A stretch of DNA of 64,000 nt from Bilabrum cf. latius (taxonomy: Eukaryota): positions 310,001 to 374,000 of the forward strand of contig OZ237756.1 in assembly GCA_965178125.1 (NCBI GenBank), written 5' to 3'. Positions 1 through 13,093 of the stretch are shown piece by piece. Both the position numbers and the translations under genes were made by a program. Numbering within the stretch: the first letter of the stretch is position 1; each line of letters opens with the position of its first letter. Below the pieces are notes generated by a model. That model was not told the origin of the DNA. It saw only the letters and a list, made by a program, of their open reading frames with translations, and did no database searches.

Positions 1-2964
1 CCGATGCTGCAATCAGGGCCAACTGGGCTGTTCCAGCACCTTGGAGATCTGACCGAGATACAACTGACCCTTGGAGCTGATTTTGCTGTCGAGAACGGGA
101 CTTGCGGATTCTTTGATGGTCTCGATCTCCTCGCTTCGCTGTCTATCGAGGCCCCAGGCGCCTACCGCATCTTTGGCAAAACCCAAGACCTGGCTCTCGA
201 TGGATTCCGTGACTGTGCATTTGCAAGCACACTGCGGTCGTTGGATCTGCAAGGCCTGGATCTGCGTCGGTCTGCATGGACCGAAGCAACGTTCGCTGGG
301 TTTTCTGAACTTGCTGCTCTCCGCGTTGTGGGATCCTCTGGTGATCAATCGTTTGATCTTGTTGACGGTGCTCTCTCGCCTCTTGTTAATGTGCAAACCG
401 TAGACTTGAGTGGCAATGGTTTTACATATCTGGCCCAGCTGTCCTTTGCTGCCAACGATGCCATGGAGCATCTGAATTTGTAGAACAACCCGATCGAGAC
501 TTCGCACGCCCAGGCATTTGCCAACCTGTTCAAGCTACAGGGAGTCAATATCTCCGAGAGTGTGGGAGCGCAGTGCAATCCCGGCACCTACAAAGCACCG
601 GTGGAGATACTCGGCAGTGCAACGACCGAAATCATGTGCGTGAAGTGCCCTGCAGGTACCTACTGCGAGGATGGCTTGCGGATGAGCGATTGTCCCAAAG
701 GCACCTACAGCGAAGCCGTGCTGGCCGCTTCGTCATCAACGTGCCTGCAGTGCCCCGATGGGACCACAACAGTCGGGACTGGAACGTCTACTGCGCTTGA
801 CTGCATTGCAGTGGTGGTCTCTTGCCCTGGTGGGATGGCAGGGCAGAACTGCGAGCCATGCTTGCCGGGCACGTCTTCTCCAGGCGGTAACGTGCAGTCC
901 TGCGAGACATGCAAGCCAGGGACTGCCTCTGTCTCCAAGCTTGGATCAATTGCGTGCTCTGAGTGTCCGTCAGGCACGTACATGCCAAGTCTTGGTGCTG
1001 CCCTCACATCCAGCTGCATTCGATGCGGGGCCGGCCTGCGCAGTGACAGTGGCTCGGCATTGTGCTCGGGGTGCCCAGGAGATGCCATTCTCGATTCAAG
1101 CACCAACGAGTGCGTTAATCATCCGCCAACATGCAGCGATCCTGGCACCATGTGCCTGCCCGGTGTGCCTGAGCCTGTGCCTGCTCTGGCTGTGATCCAG
1201 GAATCCTTGGCAGGTGTCCCCTTGCCCGGGAATGATGAAGATGCATTCGCCAGTGCTACCACCAGCAGCTACAGCTCGGGTGGATCCAGCAGGCGACTGA
1301 GAATGAATCCACAATCGGTTGTTGACCCCAAGGTCGTGGCAGCGCTCAGAGCGGGTGGGTTGGCTGCACGGCGCCTGCAAGAGCCGATGCAGAACGACTA
1401 GTCCAGTGGGGCAGAGGAGGCACCTGCAGATGAACCGGAGCCGGCCAGCGATGGAGGCACCGATGATGAGGATGGATCCGATGTCGACATTATCGCATGG
1501 ATTGTGACGACGTGCGTGCTCTGCGTGCTACTGCTCCTGTTGCTGGTTCCTGCAGCTCGACCAACGATGCATACGGGACTGCGCATGATCGACAGCATGG
1601 CGCAGGCGCACAAGCCCGTCGAGTATGCCGCTGTCAGGAGGATCACCACGGCAATGGGTGGATGGTTCACCGTCATGGCCGTGCTGGTGGCACTGACATC
1701 GTCCACTACCCTTGTACTCGATTTCGCCTATCGCAACTCCATCACCACGGATGGGCTGCAGGTGGCCACGGCGGGGGCCTCCGGTGCTGTCCGAGCTGCA
1801 TCGGCGAGAAGCAATGTGGTGCTGGATGCCGTGCTGTCTCCGACCTCCCTGGTGGCCTGCAGTGAGTCGTACCTTCTCACCGTGAGCTCTGGCCGCGCGT
1901 CGCTGTCTGCAGAGCAACTGCCAAGGGATGCCCCAGCGCATTCGATGCTGCAGCTGGCAGCCACTGCCACCGTGCAGGAACTACCATCGGATGGTCAGGA
2001 CCTAGATCGGCCCCTGTGCTGGCTTCGAGCCACGTGTGACGACTGCGGCCTGAGTGCTGTCACTGTGCTTGACCTCGACACCCACTGGGCTGTGCAGGCG
2101 ATCGGCTGGCGGCTGGCCACGCAAGACGCGGAAGGCCGCTGGTCCAGTGTGAGCGGCACTGCAGTGTCTCCATCAGCTGACCCACTCACTTCGAACACCA
2201 CAGTGCACCTGCAAGAGATGCTGGATGCTCGATCCGAGCAGGTGGCGTTCGTAGGTCACGTGCTGGATGACACGAGGGCTGGAAGCGCCAGGAGCGTGGA
2301 GGGGTTCAGGGTGCAAGACCTGCGCAGCGGAGCAACATCGACTCGATCTGTCGATGCCATCAACCCAGCCACCACAGTGACGAGGCTCAGCATTCAGGTG
2401 TCGCAAGCGGGAGTGTTTGCCACGACAAACATCACGCCAGCCTACACCTTGGCTCAGGTGGCTTCATCGATCGTGGGTCTCACTGTGGGTATCCTTGGCG
2501 GGTTCAAAGCTGTTTTCGCCATGTTTGAGAAGGTGCTTGGCCCAAAGGTGGAGTGGCTGTGTGGACGAACCGGACTGGTGGACACCGAGGAGGAGGCCAT
2601 GGAGCACCGCCGACAAGCTTCTGGCCCATTACCGGGACCAAAGAGCTCCGGCCAGGGAAGCGGCAAGATGTCTGCTGCTCCTGGCAACGCTAAGCCCATG
2701 CCAGCAGGTGTGTCTGCCCTGTAGGGACAGTCTCCCATGTGGTCTAGCCGTGGCCCAAAGGGTGAAGTTCTACAGAACAACACGATCGGCGGGCAGAGCG
2801 TCCGAGATGCAGACCGGGGATCTCAACCAGTAGAACTTGGCCGTGCCAAGACCATGACGGATATCAATGGTATGAAAGCCTCCAAGCCTACACAGAAGGC
2901 TCATGGAGTCGCCAAGCCCCTTGAGACGGGCAGCGAGTCACCTTCTGGCGGCGAACCGACGTGA
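1..2964 (+). CDS. LRR + cysteine-rich repeat transmembrane surface protein (5' truncated by window edge)
   Basis: ORFs 4-483, 562-1401, 1504-2724 and 2737-2964 share one frame and are separated only by TAG; it ends at TGA 2962-2964. It has LRR units (LRSLDLQGLDL, VQTVDLSGNGF, MEHLNL[Q]NNPI), CxxCPxGTY repeats and hydrophobic TM segments (IIAWIVTTCVLCVLLLLLLV). Confidence 0.8.
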
Positions 2965-3276
2965 GCCAAGCAGGCAGCCTACCGACGGAAACAGAGCTCC
3001 GGCTAGCGGATGGATCGCGAAGCGAGGTGACTGGATCTGTGGACCGGGACGCAGGGGCAGTGTAAATCGCCCCCCACAATCCAAGAACCATCGCTGCTTT
3101 GCAGGGGGCTGTGGGATTGCGCCTCGTTGTGATGCAGTGGGTGTGTCAACGCGTTTTACCAGCACCGACGAGCCAAGAGTTTGTCGGGAATGAGTGCTGG
3201 TTAGGGGGATGTGTTTTGTTTATTGAAGGCCCACTACTTCTAGACCACAAAGTCTCATCATGTTTGCCATGGATCC

Positions 3277-3533
3277 CTCACAGGTCGCAGGTCCCCCTCT
3301 CGTTCTACTCTACCTCCTGTCCGCCTGCGCCCGCCTCGTCTTCCGGCTCAGCTCTGACCCCCGTCGCTTCTATCTTGATCCCCAAGTACATATGACACAT
3401 ATAACGGTATCCGCTTGGCAATCGCTCTCGCACTTGGAACTAATTGATAATCTCGTGGCCTTGCTCAATGAGGCTCGCGAGGGCTTTGGCATAGTGTTTC
3501 CCCTTCTTTGTCGCGCCGTTGCGCATGTTCATG
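3277..3533 (-). CDS. possible small protein or last exon hidden by TAG codons
   Basis: With TAG=Gln the minus frame reads MNMRNGATKKGKHYAKALASLIEQGHEIINQFQVRERLP...EPEDEAGAGGQEVEQNERGTCDL-TGA and is open upstream to about 3725. No family was recognised. Confidence 0.3.
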
Positions 3534-4121
3534 GTTGAGCTGGTCTATTTGCGGTCCACTGACTGTGAAATTAAACAGTTTACTCGTTTTAATGTCTCGC
3601 GGCGGACCTTGAAGGTCCGACCTTCTCGTCGCAGTTCCGGGTTGGCTGTAAGGCGGCAGGCACTTGCCCGGGGTGTCTTGACTGCGGCGAGGCATGCATG
3701 CGTCACGCCACGCGAAACAAAACGGACTCATTCCATGACTGGAATGATTTCGGACCGAGTCTTATGTCACTCAGTGAGGCATCCTGAAAGCAGTACGCAT
3801 GGTTTGAATGCCCGTGACCGGTGGCGCTGGGCAGCTCGAACAGAACTACGCAGCCATTCGAGTAGTGTGCGCGCGCTTTCGGAACAGGATTTACAGATAG
3901 AAACAAAAAGTCACATAGAATGCGCTAGGGTCAAGTCAAGTACAGTGCAAAGGCGGCGGCGCGAACGCGCGCTCACCTACCGAGCTGACGGCACCCCCAT
4001 GCGCCAAAACGCAGGGCCTCCCCAATGCAGCAGGAAGCCACCTCGCGGCCGGGCATCGCCTGCAGACAATGCAGGCCAGGCCAAGCCACAGCGTGGTTCA
4101 TCCATCCACGGCATCAACGGC

Positions 4122-6666
4122 TCAGAGCACCATGGCCATGCCCTTGACGAACTCGGCGTAGTTGATGGAGCCGAGCCCGGTGGCGGCGTCCCAGCCCTTG
4201 GAGGCCTTGAAGCCGGTGCAGGGGCCCGAGGGGCCAGTACAAGTCTGCTCGGTGCAGGCGTTGGATCCAGTCACAACATCTGCGGTCCAAAAAGGAATAA
4301 AAAATACCGATTTATTAAAAAAAGGGTCGAGTGGCTGTTGAGGTAGAAGCAAAACGCAGCCAACAAAGCATGCAACCACGGGAAAATTATCCGCAAACAC
4401 GCATACATCGCCAGCCATAGTGTGAGATAGAGAAGGGGCAGCTGGAGATGGCCGTGGGCGAGGGATGGCACATCCTCAGGCACCGACCCGAATAGGGACA
4501 GCAACAAGCTGCTCCCAACACGACAGACAGGCGAAAGCAACAATGAAACGTATTTCCCTCACCGTTGAAAGCCTTGGGGTTGGCCTCGAACACCTTGTAG
4601 ATGGTGGGGTTGGCGAATCCGAGCTTGGCCTTGCCCTGGCGCACGAGCTCGGCGTTGATGAGGGACAGGATGCCGGCGTTCACGGGGCAGGAAGCGGAGG
4701 TGCCGTCCACGGCGACCACCTGTCCGTTGAGCTCGATGTAGTACTGGTGGCCCAGCGCGGCGATGTCGGGGAACCCGCGGCCAGAGGCGTTGAAGGCGCC
4801 GGCGGGGGGCAGGTTGGAAGACTCCTGGAGGTACTCGCTGACCACCTTGTCCTGGTACTGCATGCGGGGGGTGTACGCGGAGAAGCCGCCGCCCGAGGTG
4901 ATGAGGGCGCCGGTGGACTTGGAGCACACGGTCTCGGTGCCAGCGCCGAGGCACTGGATCTGGTTGCACACGGGGGCCTTGAAGCCTGACTGCACCTGCC
5001 CGTCGGGGACCATGGTGGCGCCCACGGCGGTCAGGTAGGGGGAGGCGGCGGGGAAGGCGGGGTGCGTCTGGGTGGTGGCGCAGCCGCCGTCAGTGCGGCC
5101 GTGGGCGCCCGAATCGCCGGTGGCCACGGTGTGGGTGATGCCCATGGCGCCGACCTTGGCGAAGTTGGCGTTGACGGCAGACACGAAGGCCTCGGAGCCG
5201 CCGGACGCGCAGGGCTTGCTGGAGGGAGAGATCTGGCACTGGTCGGTCTCGGACCAGCCGTAGCTCATGCTGTTGACTGCGAGGGCGACGTGGAGTGGAA
5301 GTGGAAGTGAGCGCAATGAAAGGGAGATAGATGCGAGCGATGCCAAGAGGTGGGGGGGGGGCAGGCAGGAAGGCAGGCAGGAATATCGCTACAGTGCTTG
5401 CCATCCGCAAACTCCACACGAATCTCTCTATCTATTCTCTCTCTTTCTCACCGTCGGGGATGTCGGCGGCCTGCTTGGACACGAGGGTCTCGGTGTAGGC
5501 GAACATCCACTGGGTCTCGGTCCAGTACCAGTTGGTGTTGCCCTGGCCCACTGCGCCCAGGAAGGACACGTCAAGCACGGACTCGGCGAAGTCCTGCTTC
5601 TCGAAGGGACCCACGGTCTTGGCGATGGTGATGGGCTGCACGGCGCAGTTGGTGGTGAACGTGTCGATGTCCTGCTGCACGAAGGCGGGCACGCCCTGGA
5701 ACTCGATGGCGGCCTGCACCACCTTGGCGTCTCCCTTGGCAGAGTCCAGGTTGTAGAACTTGGACAGCGTCTCGGGGACCACGTACAGGCTGGGGTTGCC
5801 GGCCTGTGCGTCCTCCTCCGAGAGGGCGCGGACCTGGCCGTAGCGGGCCAGGGCCTGGGGGGTGAGCCCGGCGATGAAAGAGACGTGCTCCTCCATGCCC
5901 TCGGGGAAGGTCGTGTCCTCCACGATGCGGTGCACGCGGTCGCCGGTCACGGAGTTCTCGAACTCGTGGAACTTGGTCTGCAGGGCGGCACCCACGGCCT
6001 GGGTGGTGCCGCGGCAGCGCAGGGACGAGGGCATGTCCTTGCACGCCACGCCGTGCTGGTTCATCCAGCGGCGGGCGGCGGCCCTAGACTCCTCGCGGGG
6101 GGCGGTGATGCGGTTCACCTCATCGTTGGACAGGTACTGGCCGCGGCGGGCCGAGCTGCGCGCAGGTGAGACGAGCACAATGGCATAGCGAGTCCAGGAA
6201 CGATGGACGGGAGATGTGCAAGGTGCGATCATAATTCAACGGCCTTGGAAGGAGCAAAACCGTAGGAAAACGCATAATGTCTTCAAGTTGAGCTCTTGGC
6301 TGCGGCTTGCAACGCGATCTTGTTGCCTTCTGTGCCACTGTGTGGAAGGGCGCAGGCTGCATGATCGCGATCCAAGCACCGCCATCACGTCTGCTAGCCC
6401 TCGCGGCAGGCGTTCCCCTGGCACCAATGTGCGCGCAACACATACATAAAGTCTTTATGATTGGCCGCATAGGAACACGGGTCTCACCCAGGGGTCGAGA
6501 CGGCAACGAGCACGTCGTCGATGATGTGCTGGTTCTGCTGGGGCAGAGCCACGCTGAAGTCCACGACCTCAGAGCCGGTGGAGGTGCCGCGGAGCATCCA
6601 GGTGGATGCGGGCATTGCTGAAGCAGCAGCTGCTGCGAGAGCGATGGTAGCGGCCACGGTACGCAT
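4122..6666 (-). CDS. secreted S53 sedolisin / tripeptidyl-peptidase-1-like serine protease, 4 exons
   Basis: Signal peptide MRTVAATIALAAAAASA, prodomain GQYLSNDEV, and motifs ESVLDV, SMSYG, ATGDSG, GRGFPDIAA, catalytic DGTSASCP and GWDAATGLGS. GT-AG introns at roughly 6156-6488, 5273-5451 and 4280-4562. Confidence 0.9.
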
Positions 6667-6866
6667 GGCTTGCAGGAGATAAGATAGTGCGAAGGATCGC
6701 ACGGACGCCGCGATAGTATGAATTTGTGAAACGACACGTTACCCATTTCGGAGCGACAAAAATGGAAAGATTGTCACAGGAAATGAATTGGTGCAACGGC
6801 TCGAATGAAATGGTATTCTTCTTGAAAAATGCGCTCACGGTACTGCCATCAACGAAATGATTTATA

Positions 6867-9800
6867 TCACACCCCTGCTGCGAACTGTCCCCGCCCGGCG
6901 GAGGATGGCTGCCCCACGTCCTCCTCCTCGTCCTCCTCGTGGCTCGCCTCGGTCCCTCTGCTCCTCGCAGCCGCAGTCCTGGATCGAGAGGCAGCATCAC
7001 CCGAGGAAAAAGCATCGCCAGCGTCAGACGATCCAGCCCCTGGCCCTCTCTTGCCTCCCCTCAACGCGTCACCAGATCCCCTGATGCTGGACCCCTTCCC
7101 CTGCACCATGGCCTCCACCTCCCGCATCACAGCGTCCACGTCGTCCCCGTCACCACCGGGCGCAGGACCCCCTCGGCCCCCCATCACGGGGGGGGAAGCA
7201 CCCCTGGATCCGCTGCGGGATGTAGCCCCACTCAGCACCTGAATGTGCACGTAACTATCGTCCCGCCCCGGATCCGCCGCCCTGGGAATGGAGTTGGCTC
7301 GCACGAGCACCGGGGTGCTGCTGCCACCCTCTCGAGCTCCAGCACCAGCGCCAGGCCCAGGTCCAGCTCCGGATCCCTCTCTCTGTTCCTCACGGAGGGC
7401 CGACTGCACCTCCTCGAGCAACCCGGAGCCGGAAAGATCCTCCTCCTCCGCCTCGCCGTCCTCGTCCGTCCCGTCGCTCTCCAGATCCAGCCCGACCCCC
7501 CTACGGTGTTGTTCCCTGGCATGCGCCCTAGCTTCGGCGGCCATGCGGCCTCGTTCCAGGGCGCTGAACGAGGGACCCGAGGGACCCTTCCCGTTCTCAG
7601 CCTTGCTGTGGCGGCGTTGTTCCTCGTCCTCGTCCTGCTGCTTCTGTGTGGTCTGTTGTTCCCTGACTCGGTGCATTACCTTAAGGCGGGCGGCCTCCCG
7701 CGGATCAGACTCGCTCGTCACACCACCGCTGGCCTCGCTCGCCGCGCCGTCCGAGGCCCCGTCCCCTGCGGCCGCACGCTGCCGGAGCCGTCCCTCAAGC
7801 TGCATCGCACTGCGCATCGCCTCCGTAGCGCGGCGCCGAACGGTGCCCGGGCTGTCCCCCGAGCCGCCGTTCGGCGCGGCGCCCGAGGTTCCGCTGGGCG
7901 CCACCGCCGGGGAGGCATCCGCTGCGGCTGGCTGCGCGGCTGAAGTGTCTAGTCGGGAGGGGGGGTCCGCGCGCCGGGAGCGGGGGGGCGCCGCGGCCGA
8001 TGCACTGCCGTGCGATGCACCCCGCTGGTCCGGCTTGGATGCCCGCGCCGCTGCGGCCTGCTTTGCCCTCGTCGAATCCGATCCTGCCCCCGCTGCCCCT
8101 GCAGCCCGGCTGTTCATCTCCTTGAGGGCCTTGGCGACCCGGCGCCGCGCAGCCCTGGCGCGGTCATCATGTTCCGCAACCCGTCGGCGGAGCGCCTCCA
8201 GCTTGGCGGCCCGCGCGGCGCCTCGGGCCGCGGCGCCGGACCGCAGCCGGGCCCTAAGTTCCGCATGGCGCCGCGCACCCTCGTCCAGCTCTGGAGCCTC
8301 CTGCTGGCCCGCCTTGGTGCCGCGCTTCCCTGCGGAACCGGACCGCGAGCGGCGCCGCGCGCCGCCCTGGGACTGGGCCGCCGCCGCCGCGCCTCTCTCC
8401 TTCTGCTTGGCCTGTTCCCTGGCCTGCTCCTTTTGCCACCACCTGTCCAGCGCGCCCCCCGCCTCCCCTTTGCCCTCCCGGGCCGCCTAGCCCACCCCCT
8501 CGTCCTCGCGGGCCTCTCTGGAGAAACGGACCCGCCTGTCCATGTCGTAGGCCATGCGCTTGTACTGGTCCGACAGGGTCTCCCACGCCTGGGTGATCCG
8601 CTGGAAGGCGGTCGTTGCGCGGCGCCGCGACTCTGCGGAACCTTGGTGCTTGTCGGGGTGCCACTTGAGCACGGCTTTGCGGTACGATTTCTTGAGCTGC
8701 CCCGAGGCCGTTGCCCTGCCGACACCCAGCACCTGGTAGTGGCTCAGATCCCTCAGCTGCCTCGCGTCTAGTAGCCTTCTGGCCCACTGCCTGTCCGTGG
8801 GGTCCGTCTCGAGGAGCGACTCGAAGTCCTCGGCCGCCTCCGAGAAGGCGAAGAGGGCCATGTGGCACTCGGCCCGCTGGGCGAGGGCGTTTCGATAGGA
8901 GGGGTCCTGCTTCAGCGCGCTGCCGCAGTCCTCCACGGCGCTCACGTGCCGGCCCATCCTGTAAGCTGCCCTGGCCCTGTTGTAGTGGAGCGTGGCCATG
9001 TCGCGGTGCGTGGCGGGCTGGGGCGCTTTGGGGGCTAGCCTGAGGGCATCGCCGTACGCGTCCATGGCCGCGGCATAGTCTTTCAGGTTGTACAGCCGGT
9101 TCGCGCGGACGCTCGCGTTCCAGAACAGCACGCCATCGTCGCCCAGCATCTTGCCTGCAGCCGTGCTCTTCCCCCCTCCATCGCCGCTCGCTGCAGCACG
9201 TGCAGCTTCGGAGCTAGACCCTGTCCTTGGCGCGCCCCTGTCGAAGACGTCCGCCTCATTCGATGCTCCTTGTTGCTCATTGGTGGCAGAACCGGCGCTC
9301 GAAGAAGACAGCCACGCCGGTTCCAGTGAGCCCGCTCCTGCCCCTGCACCTGCAGCCGAGTCGGAAGCAGAGGAGGGGGCAGAGGATCCCGCCGTGGTTC
9401 CCTGAGCCGCCGAACTGCCTCCCACCATGAGGGCGGGGTCATCACCCAGCGCGGCCAGGCCCTCCGAAGCGCATTGCATTGCGGTGTGGCCGAAGCAGTC
9501 CGTGGCTCGCGGGTCGGACCCGTGCAGCAGCAGGTACCTCACGGCCTGGGGAGCGTCTGCTGCCGCGGCGTAGTGCAGCGGGCTCCTCCCAAGCACGTCT
9601 CGCACGTCGAGCGAGGGCTTGCCGTCGGGGCCGATGGGGCGGGGGGCTGATCCGGAGCCTGAAACCGGGTCCTCGGGGTGGGCGTGCCGGGGTACTAAGC
9701 ACAGCCAGGGGCCAGTGGACGGCGAGGGTGACGATGCACCCGAGCTGCCGCCATCCTTTTCCGGTTTGTCGTCACCGGCCTCCAGCCCCAGGGCCCGCGC

Positions 9801-12416
9801 GGCGCCGCGCTCAAGTTCCGCATCGTGCTGCAGGCTCACGCTGCCCCTCGGCGTCTGCTGCAGCAGCAGCCGCAGCAACGACTCGGAGCCGGAAGCGGCG
9901 GCGCAGTGCACGGGTGTGACGAGTCGCCCGTCGTGCCTCGACGGCGCGTGCGGGTCCGCCCCCGCTGCCAGGAGCTCCCTGACCGCCTCTGTGTTCCCCC
10001 AGCGACAGGCCCTCCTGAGGGCCTCTGTGAGTCGGTCACGGGGAGGCAGCAGGGACAGGAGACGGGACGCACTCGTCACATCCAGGCCGGGGTTGGCACC
10101 GAGCATCCTGGGCCTGTCACTGTTCCCTGATTCGGATGTGACGAGTGCCTTCAGCGCGGCCCTGTCCCTCTTGGCCTCTGCCGACTCGGCGGCCTGGTGT
10201 CCTGCAGTTGCCGCGGCCGCCGCGGTTGACGGTGAGCTGCTGGGCAGCGGTGGCGGGGCATACTCGTCACGCGGTGGCAGCGCAGCCATGGCTCGCAGTG
10301 CCTTGACGGCCTCTGCAGTGCGCTGCACCTTTGCCTCGAAGGAGGCCGCGTCGGCACCGAGCAACCTGTCGAGGTCGGGTGCATCGCCTTGCAGCGCAGC
10401 CGCGGTGGTAGAGGTGGACGCACCCAGCGCATCGACGTGTTCCCCATCGTCCGTGGAGTCACTTTCTGACCCCGCATCCTCTCCCTGGTCCAAGCCGCCG
10501 CCGCCGTCCCGTGCCCCCGCAGCCCCCTTGCCCTTGCCCTTGCCCTTGCCCGTGCCCTCGCCGTTGTCACCCATCAGAACGGCCATCGGGTCCTCGTGCG
10601 ATGGCGCCAGTGCCTCCGAGCTCACCTCGTGCAGCCCCTCCGCCCCCGCTCCGTTGTTCCCCGAGGCAGCCAGGCAGAGCGCGATCACCGCGCGCTCAAC
10701 AGACCCTGGGGATCGGGCGGGCCCGGTTTCCGATTCCGAGTCGCCGTGCTTGTCTCCAGCACCCTCGACTGCGCGCTTGCCGTCCCCCGGGGGCCTCCGC
10801 ACCCTCGCCCTCTGCGCACTTGTCACACCGAGAAGCTCGGCAGACCCCGCCTCCGGCCCGGCGGCGGCACGCCTCGCTGCTCCAAGTGCCCGCACCAGCC
10901 ACGCCATCTCACGAGCCGATGCGCGCACAACGAAGAGACCGTCCTCCGCTTCGGGTTGGGCTGGGGCACCACCGTGCGATGCACCCGCACCCTGCGATGA
11001 TCCGATCCCTGTGCTCCGCATGGCACGCACTGCCTGGGAGAGAGACTCCTTCAGAGCGCTCGATGAGCCTGCACTGCCGTGCGCTGCACCCGCCAGCTCC
11101 AGCATGTCCCTGCCGGTGCTCGCCCTGCTTGGATCGTCATCGACGCACAGGCCGGCCCCGGCCATCGCACTGCGGATCATCTGTTTCTCCGTGGCATCAC
11201 CCCCCGTACCAGAACGGTCATCACCATCATCACCATCACCACCGATGCTGCTGCTGCTGCTGTTCCCTGACGATCGAGCCAGCGCACTCACCAGTTCCGC
11301 AGAGGCAGGCGCGATGCGGATGCCCCTCGCGGCCTGGCCCGCCCCCTCCAGGAGCGAAGCGGTTGCAACCAGCTGGCGGCGGAGCACACGGTCCGCACGG
11401 CGGAGCCGGCGCCGCGCGCGAGCCAGCCTTGCGGAACCGGTTTCGTGCGCCTGCTCCAGCGCCGCCTCGGCCGCGTCGATCCTCTGCCTCAGCCTGGCTG
11501 CCTCCCTCCCCGTCTCCTTGGCACGATCGGCAGCGTCCTCCCCCTCCCTCCTCGCCGCCTGCAGCTGGTGCTCGAGGGCTCGCAGCCTGGACTCAAGAGA
11601 GGCCTCGTGCTCGGTTGCAACCGCCAGCAGCCGGGCGCGCAGGGTGGAGCCCAGGCCGCTCGCGATGGCCTGCGCGTTGCGGTCCGCGCCCATGCCCGAG
11701 CCCGTTCCCACTGCGATGCCCCCATCGTCATCGTCATCGTCATCGTCCTCCTCTCTCGTCTTGCGGGAGGGCGAAGAGCCCAGGCCGCGGGATGCACGCG
11801 TCCGAAGGCCCTCCATCGAACCTCTCCCGTTGGTATCGTGACCCGCCGCAGCAGCAGCGGCCCTCCCCGCCTCGTGCTCGGCCTGCTTGCGCGCCATGGC
11901 GTTGCTTGCCGCTCGCCTCACGGCCTCGGGGAGCCCACGCAGGTAGTCCGCAATGTGCTCCTCGTCGCTGCTTTCCGGATCAGACACTTCCTATCCTGTG
12001 GGGTCAATCGAATACGTGTAGGCTTCCCTGCGCTGCCCCGGGGGATGGTGACCGCGAGCGAACGATTGCCTCGTTTGGGACGCCGGCTTGGACGGAATGC
12101 CGCTCGCGGCTCCTGCGCCCGCTGCACTGCTTCTGAAGGCAGCTCCACTCAAGTGCGGGTCCGTCACGCCGCGCACATAGGCTTCGTAGGCCGCGCCGTC
12201 ATCGTTCGGCCGACCAGTTTCGCTAGCCGCGGCACCACCCGCGTATCCACCTCGCCCAACGTACGCATCGTGAGCGTGAACGGTAGGCTGTACCCCCGGG
12301 ACGTCGTTGAAACCCTCTTCTTCGTCGTAGCTGCGGGAATCGTCAGAATCGTCCGAGTAGTCCCCGCCCAATCCATCAGAGTGAGGGACGCCGCGCTCGT
12401 AGTAATAGGTTGCCAT
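6867..12416 (-). CDS. large ankyrin-repeat + TPR + DnaJ (J-domain) protein, about 1849 aa
   Basis: ORFs 11991-12416, 8487-11987 and 6867-8117 are in one frame joined by TAG and end at TGA. Ankyrin motifs (TPVHCAA, GRSPLHYAA), TPR helices (LHYNRARAAYRMG) and a J-domain (HYQVLGV...YRKAVLKWHPDK). Confidence 0.85.
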
Positions 12417-13093
12417 GCGGTCGTCTGTGAGGCCTTTGTGAGTACGAAACGGGCACTAATACACTATTTATTCAAACTGTAGCAACGGAGCTTCGCCTCG
12501 TCAGTGTTTGCAAGTGACCAGAGGCCGTCTTCAAACGGAAGCAAACACATTTTTTGTAGCAAACAGCACTGTACTTCTCGCAGTTGCCGAACGGTGGAAT
12601 CTGCCTCCATTTGACTCTTCAGGTGCCTGGGACTAGCTACTATACTTTATCAATCATTGTTCACTTGCTCTCATGCGAACTAGGCTTTGTGCAGGCTTCT
12701 AATCGCTCCGGTGGTGCGCTCTACACATAGATTCGGAGCGTTGAGAACCTTGTCAGCTGTGAGTAGATGCGTTGGCTCCGCAGGTAGCGCCTTGCTATTG
12801 TATCTACGATTGACTGCAGTGTGCCTGTCAGTTTGCGAAGCTGGCTTTGTGTATCACACAGTTGGCACCATGCTGCGACCCGATTCCGTTTGTCCACGAC
12901 TCTTCTCGCCCCATGCATACTTGAAGCAATTGTGGCTTGAGGTCGATCAATTTGAATATATAATTTCAGTTTTGATCATATCCGCAGGCTCAATAGCTGC
13001 CTGGTCAATTTTGGTTTAGTGCCAATCAGTCGCATTGGAGCAGCTGCGTGGTGATCGCAACACCTGCTCTGTGGCAAATCGCGCGGACCAGCA

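Noticed and set aside
7288-12136. Long plus-strand ORFs (400, 740, 541 aa), and likewise 49768-52068
   Set aside because: These are antisense shadows of GC-rich real genes and carry no motifs.
12687-13019. 110-aa hydrophobic ORF between divergent genes
   Set aside because: It has a non-ATG start, lies in a lower-GC intergenic/promoter region and shows no recognisable motif.
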